A stretch of DNA of 64,000 nucleotides from Scenedesmus sp. PABB004 (taxonomy: Eukaryota), in the NCBI GenBank assembly GCA_014905635.1, contig JABVCE010000020.1:620001-684000 (forward strand). Reading direction: 5' to 3'. Shown here piece after piece: positions 37,561 to 47,977 of the stretch; within the stretch, counting starts at the first letter, position 1, and every line of letters starts with the position of its first letter. The position numbers were made by a program, and so were the translations under genes. Below the pieces are notes generated by a model. It was not told where the DNA came from. It was given only the letters and a program-made list of their open reading frames with translations, and searched no databases.

Positions 37561-39846
37561 ATGGGGTGCGGCTGGTCGGCAGCGGACGACGCCCCCGGCG
37601 TCGACGAAGGCCCCGACATAGCCCGCGGCGCAGCCGGTGCGGCGCGGGCGGCGGCGGAGCGCCAGCAGCGGCGCCGCTGCCGGCGCCGCGACCGCCGCGC
37701 TCACGCGCCTGCCGCCGCGCCCGCAGGCCGCTCCCTGCTCGCCCCGGGGCTGACGGCGGCCGCCGCGGCGCCCTGCGCGCCGGCGGCGGCGCCGTGCTGC
37801 GCGCACCCGGGCGGCGACGCGCCGCTCACGCCGCAGGCGCTGCTCGCGCTGTCCGCCGCGCTGCTCGACCAGGAGCCAGACCTCGCGGCGGCGCCGGGGC
37901 TGTCGCCGCTGCTGCTCGCGTCGCTGGCGCTGATCGAGAGCGGCGGCCGCCCGGGCGCGCGGCGGCAGTGCGAGCCCGGCGGCGAGGCGGCGGCCGGGCT
38001 GTGGCAGGTGCTGCCGTCGACCGCGGCGTGGCTCGCCGCCGCGCGCGGCTACGACCGCTACGGGACGCGCCCGAGCGCGGCGCTGCTGGCGGGCTCGCCG
38101 CGCGCTTGCGCGTACTTTGCGGCGGCGGCGCTCACGGTGCTCGCGCGGCGCGCCGAGCCGGGCGGCGCCGAGCCGGGCGGCGGCGCGCCGGCCGGCGTGC
38201 GCAGCGAGGCGTTCCTGGTCAAGGCGTCCCACGTCGGCCCCGACCCCGACCGCGTGGCCGGCGCGGCCGCGGCGCGGCACTGGGCCCGCTACGTCAAGGC
38301 GCGGCACTGCCTCGCCGCCGTCGCGCGCGCCGCGGCGGCGACGCTCGCGGCCGCGGCCGTCGCGGCCGCGACAGCGCGCGACGGCGGCGGCGGCGGCGGC
38401 GGCGACGACGGCGACGGCGACGAGGAGGAGCTGCTGGTGTGGCACGGCGCTGTGCCGCTGGTGCAGCTGCTGGCGGACGGCTGGGGCGAGGGCCCGGGCG
38501 CCGCGCCGCCGCGCGGGGGCGGCGACGGCAGCCTGCTGGCGCAGCTCTGGCGGCCCGCGGAGCCCGCCGCCGCACACGGCGGCCCAAAGAAGCAGCAGCA
38601 ACAGCAGCACCAGCAGGTGGGCCCGGGCAGCGCCGCCCCGGGCGGCCGGCGGCGGCCGGCCAGCGGCGGCGCGCCGGCCGGCGGCGAGGGGGCCGGGCCG
38701 TTCCGGCTGGCGCCCGTGAGCCGCGGCGCCTTTGCGTGCGCGCTGCGGCGCCTCGTGCGCATCGACGCCGCCGCCGTGCGCACGGCGATGGCGAACGCCG
38801 CGGTCGCAGCCGCCACGGCCGCCGCCGCCGCGCGCGCCGGCGGCTGCGCCGACGACGGCGGCGCCGACACGGCGGGCCCGGGCCCGCCGCCGCTGCCGTG
38901 CCTGATGCACGTGGTGGGGCACAGCGAGACGCTCGCCGACATTGCCGCCGCGTGCGGCGTGGCGCCGGACGACCTGCTGCTGGCCAACCCGGAGCTCCGC
39001 GCCGCGGGCGGCGCCGTGCAGGCAAACGACGTCATCGCGCTGCCCGTGCCGGCGCTGCCGCCGCGGCTGTACGTGCTCCAGCCGGGCGACACGCTGCCGG
39101 GCGTCGCACGCGCGCACCGCGTGTCGCTGGGGCGCCTGCTCGCCGCCAATCCGGAGCTCGCCGCGCCGAGCGCGGTCGAGCCGGGGTGGGTTGTCGTGCT
39201 GCCCGCGCTCCGCGGCGCGGGCGGCAAGGGCGGGCCGCTCGCGCTCGACTGGGCGGCGGCGGCCGCCGCGGCAGAGGCAGAGGCAGAGGCCGCGGCGGCC
39301 GCCGCGGCCGCCGCGGCGGCGCTGCAGGCCGAGGAGAGCTGGGGCCGCGACGCAAAGCGCTCGGCGGGTGGTCGCCCCGACCAGGCGCCGGCCACGCCGG
39401 CCGCCTCCCGGGGCGACGACGACGTGCCCGCCGGCGCCGCAGGCAGCAGCGCCGGCGGCTGCGACGCGGCCTCGCCCAGCGCCAGCCCCGGCCGCGCCGG
39501 CGCCAGCCCCGGCAGCGATCTCCCCAGCCTCGCGTGGCTGCGGGCGCGAGGCATGGACGCCTCGGCAGCCGTCACTGCCAGCGTGCGCGCCTCGGCGCCG
39601 CCGCGCGCGGCAGCTCCGCAGCCGGCCTGGCCGGCCCTCGGCAGCGGCGCGTTCCTGTTCTCCGTTGGGCAGTCGCCCCCGGCGTTTGCGCCCGTCCCGC
39701 AGCAGCAGCACGGTGGCCGGCGCCGGCCGCACGCCGGCGGTGGCGGCGCGGCCAAGGCCGCCAAGGGCGCTGCCCCGCGCGCGCCGCGGCGGCACGCCGA
39801 CGCCGCCGGCAGCGCCGTGCCACGGGCGCCGCCGCTGGCCGGCTAG
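37561..39846 (+). CDS. SLT-family lytic transglycosylase-like domain + two LysM domains, MGC N-terminus, apparently single exon
   Basis: SLT motifs: LALIES (Glu codon 37936), GLWQVLPSTA and KASHVGP. LysM1 is HVVGHSETLADIAAACGV...LLLANPEL (~38905-39045). LysM2 is YVLQPGDTLPGVARAHRVSLGRLLAANPEL...PGWVVVLP (~39069-39204). Confidence 0.85.
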   Translation: MGCGWSAADDAPGVDEGPDIARGAAGAARAAAERQQRRRCRRRDRRAHAPAAAPAGRSLLAPGLTAAAAAPCAPAAAPCCAHPGGDAPLTPQALLALSAALLDQEPDLAAAPGLSPLLLASLALIESGGRPGARRQCEPGGEAAAGLWQVLPSTAAWLAAARGYDRYGTRPSAALLAGSPRACAYFAAAALTVLARRAEPGGAEPGGGAPAGVRSEAFLVKASHVGPDPDRVAGAAAARHWARYVKARHCLAAVARAAAATLAAAAVAAATARDGGGGGGGDDGDGDEEELLVWHGAVPLVQLLADGWGEGPGAAPPRGGGDGSLLAQLWRPAEPAAAHGGPKKQQQQQHQQVGPGSAAPGGRRRPASGGAPAGGEGAGPFRLAPVSRGAFACALRRLVRIDAAAVRTAMANAAVAAATAAAAARAGGCADDGGADTAGPGPPPLPCLMHVVGHSETLADIAAACGVAPDDLLLANPELRAAGGAVQANDVIALPVPALPPRLYVLQPGDTLPGVARAHRVSLGRLLAANPELAAPSAVEPGWVVVLPALRGAGGKGGPLALDWAAAAAAAEAEAEAAAAAAAAAAALQAEESWGRDAKRSAGGRPDQAPATPAASRGDDDVPAGAAGSSAGGCDAASPSASPGRAGASPGSDLPSLAWLRARGMDASAAVTASVRASAPPRAAAPQPAWPALGSGAFLFSVGQSPPAFAPVPQQQHGGRRRPHAGGGGAAKAAKGAAPRAPRRHADAAGSAVPRAPPLAG

Positions 39847-40454
39847 GCTGGGGCGCTGCCGGCCGCGGGGCCGGCCTTCCCCCCGTCCCTGCACCGTCCG
39901 GTCCGCTGCGCCGGCGGCCGGGTCAGGAGCGAACAGGGGCCATAGCAGCAGGAGCAGCAGCAGGAGTAGCAGGGGTTGGTTGTTGTCGCCGCCGAGCGGG
40001 GGCGGCCCTAGTCTCTAGCTCGGGCCCTGGGCAGGGCCCGCATGTACGACCAATCGTTGCGCGCGTGTATATACCGTGTTCTGTGTTGCCCTGCGTGCGT
40101 CTTGCGCCGCTCCACCGCCTCCCCTCGTCAACGCAGCCTGCCGCGTCGCCTCCTGGCTGACCGGCGGGGCACCGACCGCCCCCTGCCGTTGGCGCCGGCG
40201 GCGCCGCATCACCGGCTTGCCGCGCGGCTGCTGAGCGCCGCGCGCGATCGCATTTGATGATTAACCTGGAGGGGGAGGGGCTTGCTGTGGTTTACCGCCA
40301 CGGCGCAGCGTGAGGACCCTTGCTCGTGTTACTCAGCGTCGTCGTCGCAGCCCCCGCGCACGCCTGCGTGCCCCGCCCCCGTCCCCGGCCCCGGCGCGGG
40401 GCATCAACAGCCGAGCCAGCCGGCGCGTCAACACAACAGAGGTGCGGGGGCCGC

Positions 40455-41540
40455 TCAGCGCGCCGCGCCGCCGCCGTCGCCGCCGCCCGCGAGCAGCGCC
40501 TCTGACAGCAGGCTGCCCGGCGGCGCCGCCGCGGCGGCGGCGGCGCGGCCGCGCCCGCGGCGCACGTGTCGCACCGTCACCGCCGCGCAGCAGGCGGCGA
40601 GGGACAGGCCGGCGACCGCGGCGAGGGCCGCGACCGCGGCGTCGCCGCCGCCGTGCTGGCCGCGCGCGATGGCGGCGAGCACGCCGCCAAAGGCCCAGAC
40701 GAGCGTGAGCCCGTACGGCACGTCACGGCGCGCGAGGACGACCCACGCGCCGGCCGCCGCGACAGCGGCGGCGAGCGCGGCGCCGAGCGCGCCCTGCGCG
40801 CCGGCGGGCGCGCCCTCGCTCGCGGCGACGAGGGCGAGCCCGAGCGCCGACGCCACCGACATCCACGCCGCGTTGAGGCTCGTGGGCAGCACGAACAGCA
40901 CAAAGCACAGCAGCGGCACGTGGGTCGTCGAGCCCGCGCCGGCACCGCCCGCCGGCGGCGCCTCGCCGGGCGGCAGCGCGCCCGGCGGCAGCGCGTGCAG
41001 GCGCGCAAGCGTCACGCCGATCGCCGCCAGCCCGCCGAGCAGCAGCGCCGCGCAGCCGAGGAACGAGGCGCGCGTCTGCGTCGGGAAGAGCAGCTGCCAG
41101 GCCGCCTCGCAGAGCCACGTCGCCTGCCAGCCGTAGCCGACCGTGTTGACGACGAGCCGCTTCGCCGGCGCGCCGTCGCCCGCCGGCAGCGCCGCCCACA
41201 CCACGCCGGCGCCCTGGAGCAGAAATATGGCGCCCCATATGGCAAACGCCCACGGCGCGGGCGTGATCGGCGTCTCGTATTTGCGTGAGATCTGGAGGGC
41301 GGGCGGCGCCGGCGGTCGCAGAAGTCGGTCGCAGCTGACGCAGCGGCAGCAGCAGCGGCGGCAGCGGCTGCGGCAGCGGCAGCGGTCGCGCCGCGCGCCG
41401 CGCGAGCCCCAGCGCGTCCCCTCGCGTCTCCTGGCGCGTACGTCTGCGTTGCTGGGAGCCAGAGCGTTTACGGCGACAAAAGCAGCGAACGCCACGACGT
41501 TGCTCGCGCGCAGCAGTCGCGAGGGCAGCGGCGGGTCCAT
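40455..41540 (-). CDS. TspO/MBR-like (tryptophan-rich sensory) multi-pass membrane protein (2 exons)
   Basis: ISRKYETPITPAPWAFAIWGAIFLLQ, AWQLLF, SLNAAWMSVA, RRDVPYGLTLVWA, plus several hydrophobic helices. Confidence 0.75.
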   Translation of the reverse strand: MDPPLPSRLLRASNVVAFAAFVAVNALAPSNADVRARRREGTRWGSRGARRDRCRCRSRCRRCCCRCVSCDRLLRPPAPPALQISRKYETPITPAPWAFAIWGAIFLLQGAGVVWAALPAGDGAPAKRLVVNTVGYGWQATWLCEAAWQLLFPTQTRASFLGCAALLLGGLAAIGVTLARLHALPPGALPPGEAPPAGGAGAGSTTHVPLLCFVLFVLPTSLNAAWMSVASALGLALVAASEGAPAGAQGALGAALAAAVAAAGAWVVLARRDVPYGLTLVWAFGGVLAAIARGQHGGGDAAVAALAAVAGLSLAACCAAVTVRHVRRGRGRAAAAAAAPPGSLLSEALLAGGGDGGGAAR

Positions 41541-41750
41541 GGCGGCTCGACGGCTGGCGGCTGCGGCGCGACGGGAGAGCCAGAGCACAAGGCGTCGGCC
41601 GAGTGTGCGTGCGGGCGGGCGGCGGCGGCAGCGTTGTCTCACGGCGGCACGGCGGTTTTTCGCTCGTCAGCGGCGCGCGAGCCGCTGGGGGTGCGGCGGC
41701 GACCACTCCTCGTCCTGCAGACCCATCGCTCCCGTGTCAGCACACTCGTC

Positions 41751-43293
41751 ATGCAGCAGCTCGCGCGCAGGCCCCACCAGCAGCTCGCAGCGCCGCGGCG
41801 AAGCGCCGCTGCCGCGCGGCCGCGCCGCCGGCCACCGCGCGCCGCGGGCCAGGAGGCGCAGCAGCAGCAGCAGCCGCAGCAGCAGCAGCTGGTGATCACG
41901 GGTGCGTGCTCAGCGGCCGCTGGCAGCGCGGCAGCGGGGCGGCGCCCGCCGCGCGCGGGGCCAGGCAGCGCTGCCGCCCACGCGCGCTCCGTGCCGCCGC
42001 TGCGCCCAGGCGACTGCTTCGACGACGTCGTGCAGCAGCTGGCGCGGCGCGCTCTGGACGCGGCGCGCGCGCTGCCGGGCCCGCCCGCGCTGCACGTGGT
42101 CGGCATCGCCGGCGCGCCGGGTGCGGCAAGCGGGCTGGCGCGCGCGCGCTCTGCATGCGCCGCCGGCGGCGGCGGCGGCGGCGGCCGGCCCGGAGCGCCG
42201 ACCCCACGGCGCCGCCGCTGCGCCGCAGGGTCGGGCAAGTCGACGCTCGCGCGCGCCGTGGCGGCCGCGGTCAACGCCCAAGCAGCGGGCGCGGGGCTGG
42301 GCCGCGGCGCGGCGGTGGCGCCGATGGACGGGTTTCACCTCACCCGGGCGCAGCTGGACGCGATGCCCGACCCACAGGCGCGCGCGCCCGGCGCCCGCCG
42401 GCGGCGCAGGGCAGGCCGCCGGCCGTGCGCCGACGCTCCCGCCGCCCGCCGCCCGCCGCCCGCCGCCCGCCGCCCGCCGCCCGCCGCCCGCCGCCCGCCC
42501 CCCGCCGCCCGCCGCCCGCCCCCCGCCGCCCGCCGCCCGCCGCCCGCCGCCCGCCGCCCGCCGCCCGCCGCCCGCCGCCCGCCGCCCGCCGCCCGCCGCC
42601 CGCCGCCCGCCGCCCGCCGCCCGCCGCCCGCCGCCCGCCGCCCGCCGCCCGCCGCCCGCCGCCCGCCGCCCGCCGCCCGCCGCGCCCAGGCGGCGCACGC
42701 GCGGCGCGGCGCGCCGTGGACGTTTGACGGCGAAGCGTTTGTGTCTGCGCTCGCGGCGCTGCGGCGCAGCGGCGCCGCGGCGCTGCCGTCGTTTGACCAC
42801 GCGCTCGGCGACCCCGTGCCCGGCGACGCCGTCATCGACGCGGCGCGCCACGCGGTCGTGCTCGTGGTGGGGCCGCCGCGCCGCGCCGCGCGCGGGCCGG
42901 CGCTGCTGGCTCAGCCGACCGCGCGGTCGGTCAGTCGCCCACTGCCGCCGTGCGCGCTCGCTCGCGCTGCGCCGCACCGCGCTGCGCTGCGCTGTGCAGG
43001 AGGGCAACTACCTGCTGCTGCGGGATGAGCCCTGGGCGGCGCTGCGGCCGCTGCTGGACGACACGTGGTTTGTCGAATGCCCCCTCGACGTGGCGATGGC
43101 CCGCGTGATTGCGCGCCAGACGGCGCCCGACATCGGGCTCACACCCGCGCAGAGCGCCGCGCGCGTCGCCGGCAACGACCGGCCGAACGCGGAGCTCGTG
43201 GCCGCGTGCCGGGGCGACGCGCGCGTGCTCGTGCCGTCGACGGTGCCGCTCACGCGCGAACGCGGCGGCGGCGGCGACGCAGCTCGGCGGTAG
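41751..43293 (+). CDS. P-loop kinase of the phosphoribulokinase/uridine/pantothenate kinase family (YggC-like), 5 exons
   Basis: VGIAGAP|GSGKST, PMDGFHL, RRGAPWTFD, PSFDHALGDP, EGNYLLL and NDRPNAELV. Confidence 0.9.
42439..42685 (+). repeat. Intronic heptamer satellite (GCCGCCC)n, about 35 units
   Basis: Seen directly, inside intron 3 of the kinase gene. Confidence 0.92.
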
Positions 43294-43397
43294 CGACGCC
43301 TGCTCGAGGTTGCTGAGCTGGGCAGGCGGGGGCCGCGCTGCTGCCGGCCTGGGAGTCAGCGGGCCGGCGCGCGCGAGGCGTAACCGGCCGGCTGTCA

Positions 43398-44516
43398 TCA
43401 CCCGCCGCCCACCGACAGCCGCGACGCGCGGCGCGAGGCGCCGCCGCCGGCCTCAAACGCGAGCGCGCCGGCCTGGCTGCCGCCGTCGGCGCTGGCGCGG
43501 CCGCCGCCGGCGCTGCCGCAGTCCTTGTCCCAGCGCGCGCGCCAGGCGGCGGCCTCGCGCCGCGCGGCCGCGAGCTCCGTGCGCAGACGGGCACACTCGC
43601 TCTCCGCGGCTCCCCGCAACGCCGCCTGCCTCTCGGCCGCTGCCTCGGCCGCTTCGCAGCGGCCGGCCCAGCTCTGCGTCAACTCGGCCTCGCGCCGCTC
43701 GGCCGCCTCGCGCGCGCGCGCGGCCGCCAGCTCCAGCGCGGCCGCCGCCTGCTGCGCGCCGCTCAGCCGGCACGCCTGCAGCTGCGCCGCCGCCGCCGCC
43801 TCGAGGTGCGCCGCCTGGGAGGCCTGCGCCTCGTGCGCTGCCGCGAGCGCCGCCTCGACACTGCCGCCCATCGCGGCCGCGGCGGACGCGGCCAGGCGCT
43901 CGGCAAATGCGGCGTGCGCCCGCAGCGCCGCGGCCTGGCGCTCTGCGAGCAGCGCCTGCGGCGCGGCGCGGCGCGCGCGACGCGCGCGCGGCTGGGCCGG
44001 CGCCCGCGCACACACTGTGCGCTGCGCTGCCCGTCCTGCGAGCGCGCGCGCCTGCACGTCGTCGGCGTAGCTCCCTACGAGCGAGAGAAGCAGCCGCAGG
44101 TCCAGCTCCCGCGCCGCGCCCAGCTCTCGCAGCAGCGCCGCGCGCCGCTGCTCCAGCGCACCCGCCACTTGCCGGTGCGCCGCCGTGGCGGCGGCCGCCG
44201 CGGCCGCGGCCTCCGCCGCCAACGCGGGCCCGTGCGCTGCCGCGAGCCAGCGCGCTGGCGGCCCTGCGGCGGGCGTCCACGCCGCGGCCGGGCGCGGCGC
44301 CGCGCCCGCCCTCGTGCCCGCGAGCTCAGCGGGCAGGTCCGGCTCGGCCGCGGCACGCGGCGCGCCGGCCGGCGGCGATGCTGGCTGTGGCGGCGCGCGG
44401 CGCTGCTCGGCCGCGGTGCGAGCAGCGCCCGGCTGCGGCGAGCACGCCGGCCGCGTGCGCGCGTCCTTTGCCAGAACGAGCGCCCAGGCCGTCTGTGAGA
44501 TGTTGAGGTAGGACAT
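43398..44516 (-). CDS. Hypothetical Ala-rich coiled-coil protein
   Basis: Runs from MSYLNISQTAWALVLAK to the stop at 43398, with helical content (LEQRRAALLREL, REAAERREAEL). A probable in-frame GC-AG intron starts at 44051. Confidence 0.55.
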   Translation of the reverse strand: MSYLNISQTAWALVLAKDARTRPACSPQPGAARTAAEQRRAPPQPASPPAGAPRAAAEPDLPAELAGTRAGAAPRPAAAWTPAAGPPARWLAAAHGPALAAEAAAAAAAATAAHRQVAGALEQRRAALLRELGAARELDLRLLLSLVGSYADDVQARALAGRAAQRTVCARAPAQPRARRARRAAPQALLAERQAAALRAHAAFAERLAASAAAAMGGSVEAALAAAHEAQASQAAHLEAAAAAQLQACRLSGAQQAAAALELAAARAREAAERREAELTQSWAGRCEAAEAAAERQAALRGAAESECARLRTELAAARREAAAWRARWDKDCGSAGGGRASADGGSQAGALAFEAGGGASRRASRLSVGGG

Positions 44517-44700
44517 GGCGGGCAGCAGCAGCGAGCGAAAGCGCTGCTGCGTTCGCAGCGTGCCCGAGCGGCCCCCAGCGCGTGGCTGCTCCGCGGAGCG
44601 CGAGAGAGTGGGCGCGGACCCTGCGGTATTGTTAAAGGGGGGCCCATGGGCCGTTGGGGCGCGGCTGTGGCGCTCGCAGCGGGGCGGCGCCGCGGCGCTT

Positions 44701-44779
44701 GCTGGGCTGCAGAGGCAGCTGCCTCCCGCGCTGGGCTGCAGAGGCAGCTGCCTCCAGCAGAGGCAGCTGCCTCCCGCGC
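44701..44779. repeat. Three copies of the perfect palindrome GAGGCAGCTGCCTC
   Basis: At 44712-44725, 44741-44754 and 44760-44773. Confidence 0.9.
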
Positions 44780-45931
44780 TCACGACGGCGGCCTATGAAG
44801 CTCGCCGAGGCCCATCGCCCGAAACGCGAGCCGGTCCTGCAGCCACAGCGGCAGCCAGCGCAGCAGCCACTCGACGCCGGCGCACGGCCCCACCCAGTAC
44901 CGCGGCACGCGCGGCGCGAGCACCACGTCGGCCAGCGCGTCGGCGTATCGCTCCGCTGGCACCGCGCCGACGAGGAGGCGCGCCATCGCGCGCTCGAGCG
45001 CGCCGAGCCAGCCGGGCCAGAGCGACGACGGCGCGTCCGCGTAGCCCGCCGCCACCGCCGCCGCGGTGTCGCGCGCGTGGCTACGGATGAACCCCGGGGC
45101 GATGAGCAGCACCTGGCGCCGGCGCCGGCGGCGCCGGCGGCGGCAGCGGTCGGCCCGCGGCGCGCGGGGTCCTAGGCGGCCGGCGCCGCGCGCGCGGGGC
45201 TCGCGGGGCTCGCGCGCACGCGCGTGCCTGCACGCCGTGCATGCTGAGCTCCACGCGCAGCGCGTCGGTCAGCCGCATCACCGCGGCCTTGGTCGCGCTG
45301 TAGATGCCGCGCAGCGGCACGGGCGTGAACCCCGTGAGCGAGCCGATGTTTACGATCCGCCCGGCGCGCTGCGCGACCATCGCCGGCGCGACGGCCTGGC
45401 CGCGGCGGCCGCGGGGCACGCGTGAGGCAGGGGCGCGCGGGGCGGGCGACGGCGCCGGCGGCGGCGGCGCCTCCGCGCGCCGCTGTGCGCCGACCTGGCA
45501 CATCGCGAGCAGGCCGAAGACGTTGGCGTCGAACCCGGCCTTGACCAGCGACAGTGGCACCTCCGCGGTGGGGCCCAGCAGCACGACGCCTGCGCCCGGC
45601 GCGGCGCACGCAGCCCGTGCATCGGCCGCCGCCAGCGGGCGCGAGCGCCGCAGACCGAGTGCCGCCGCCGGCGCAGCGCGCCTGCGTTGTTTATCAGCAC
45701 GTCGATGCGCCCCGCCTCTGCGAGCACGCGCGCCACGCAGTCCCGCACGCTGCCGGCGTCGGTGACGTCCAGGCGCAGCACGCGGCAGCCGCGCTCCTGC
45801 AGGCCCGCCATCGCCTCCACGCGCCGCGCAGTCGCGAACACGACGCACCCTCGCGCCGCGAACGCTCCCGCCAGCGCGTGGCCGATCCCACCGGACGTAC
45901 AGCCCGTGACGAGCACGACGCGGGGGCGCAT
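44780..45931 (-). CDS. Classical short-chain dehydrogenase/reductase (AYR1/17-beta-HSD-like), 4 exons
   Basis: TGCTSGGIG, LDVTD, LINNAG, VNIGS, catalytic YSATK, and LIAPGFI. Confidence 0.93.
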
Positions 45932-46555
45932 CGCGGCCGCAGCAGCAGCAGCAGCGGCGGCATGCGCGGCGGGTGGCAGCGGCGGCGTGCGGCCCGTGCG
46001 CCCGGGCGGACGTGATGGGGGTGACGCCCTGGTCACGAATAGACGCCCCGGGCGCCGGCTGTCGGCGCGCTCGAACGCAGTGGTGTTAGTGGCACTCCCG
46101 CCCCGCCCGCCCGCCTGCGTGCCCCGCTGGCCGCGTCGGGTCGCGAGCGCGGCGCTCTCGTCCGTGCCGGCATCACCCGCCCGATCACGCCCCGCCTTGG
46201 CCCCCGCTGGCGACCGCGGCTCGCCCAGCCGGCCACGCCCCCGCTCCTCAGGTGCGCCGCCTCGCGCCTCGCTGCGCCGTCACGTCGGCTGATCGCCGGG
46301 CGCTGGCGCATCCGCGCGCGCGCACGGCGCCTGCGGGCCGCGCGGGGCGGTGGTTTGCCGCGCGCGATGTCGGGCAGCTCCACGGCGCGGTGACGACGCG
46401 GCGCGGCGGGCCCCGATCGCGGCAGAGGCGTGAGCGTGAGCTCCTCGTAGCATGGGAGCGGCGCCCGGCCCGCGCGCGCTCACGCCGGCCGCTGGCCCGG
46501 CTGCTGCCGCCCCACCTCGCCTCGCCCGCAGGCGCCCGCCCCCCCGCAGCGCGCC

Positions 46556-47977
46556 ATGGCTCCCCGGACGCACCTGATGCTGCTGGGCATGGTGCTGCTC
46601 GCCAGCGCAGGTAAAACGGCGGGCGTCACCGGCGCCGGCGGCGGGGCGCCGCTGCCGCGCGCACACACCGGCGGCAGCGCGCGCGTTGCAGCCGCGGGCG
46701 CGCAGTCCCGCAGGCACACAGGGCTCGTGAAGGAGCACGCGGGGCGCCCAGCGCCGCCGGCTGCCAGCGCGCGCGCAGCCCTGCGCAGCGCCCTTGACCA
46801 GCGCCCTTAGACCAGTCGCTGCGCGCCGCGCCGCCGGCCGCCGCCGCCGCCCTGACGCTGACGGCCGCCCCCGACGCGCGCTCGCGCCCAGCCGGCAGCG
46901 CCTCGGCGGCGCGCACGCTGCAGGGCGGCGACGTGCTGCCCCTGCTCAAGGGTAAGGGCAAGGGCGGCAGCTACTCCACCACCACCGTCCTCGCGGCGCG
47001 CCCCACGGTCGTGCTGGCCCCGGCGCCGATCATCGCCGCGGCGCCCACGGTCGTGGCGGCCGCGCCGCAGCCGACGGTGGTGGCCGCGGCGCCGGTGGTG
47101 CAGCAGCAGCCGCAGCCGGAGAAGCAGAAACCAGACCTGCGCGCCATCCTTGCAGGACTCATTGGCGGCAAGGGCAAGGGCGACAGCGCGCCGGCCCCCG
47201 TCCCCGTCCCCGTCCCCGTTCCCGTCCCCGTCCCCGTCCCGGCGCCCGTCCCGACCCCCGTGCCGGTGCGAGCGAGGGCGGGGGGGGGGGGGGTCGGCGG
47301 CCAGCGCGGCGCGCGCGGCCGAGGCGCGCGCGCGCGGCCGCGCGTCGCCCGCCCGCCGCCGGCCCCCCACCCCGACGCCGCCCCCCAAACCCAACGCCCC
47401 GCAGGTGCCCGAGCCCGTGCCGACGCCCGTGCCCGAGCCCGAGCCCGTGCCGGTGCCCGGCCCGCCCGCCAACATCATCCCGGCCACCGCCGGGTCGACC
47501 ATCATCGCCGCTGCGCCGCAGCTCACCGCGGCGCCCCAGGCCGGGCAGTACGTCGTCGCCGCGGCGCCGCAGCAGCAGTACGTCGCGGCGGCGACGCAGC
47601 AGGTCGCGTATGCGCAGCCCCAGGCCGTCGTCGCGGCGCAGCCCCAGGCCGTGCAGTACGTCGCGGCCGCGCCGCAGCAGGTGAGCTTCGACGTGTGCCT
47701 CGGCGCGTCGGCGCGGCGCGCTCGCGCGAGCACCCACGCAGAGCGCAGAGCGCCGCCGCGCCGTCCAACGCCGCACTGCCCCCCGCCGCAGGTCACGTAC
47801 GCGCAGCCCATGGTGGTGGCGGCGCAGCCCCAGGTCACGTATGTGGCCGCGCAGCCCCAGGTCACCTACGTCGCCGCGGGCGCGCCCGCGTACGTCGTGC
47901 AGCAGGGCGGCGGCGGCCTGGTGGGCGGCCTCAAGGGCAAGGCCGGCAGCCTCCTGGGCGGCTACGGCCGCAAGTGA
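46556..47977 (+). CDS. Secreted Pro/Val/Ala/Gln/Tyr-rich repetitive (cell-wall-like) protein, 4 exons
   Basis: Signal peptide MAPRTHLMLLGMVLLASA|AGSASA, then RTLQ, VVAAAP repeats, (VP)n, QVTYVAAQP repeats, and the end GGYGRK*. Confidence 0.8.

Noticed and set aside
42439..42685. Interstitial telomeric repeat
   Set aside because: The heptamer GCCGCCC is not a TTTAGGG-type repeat.
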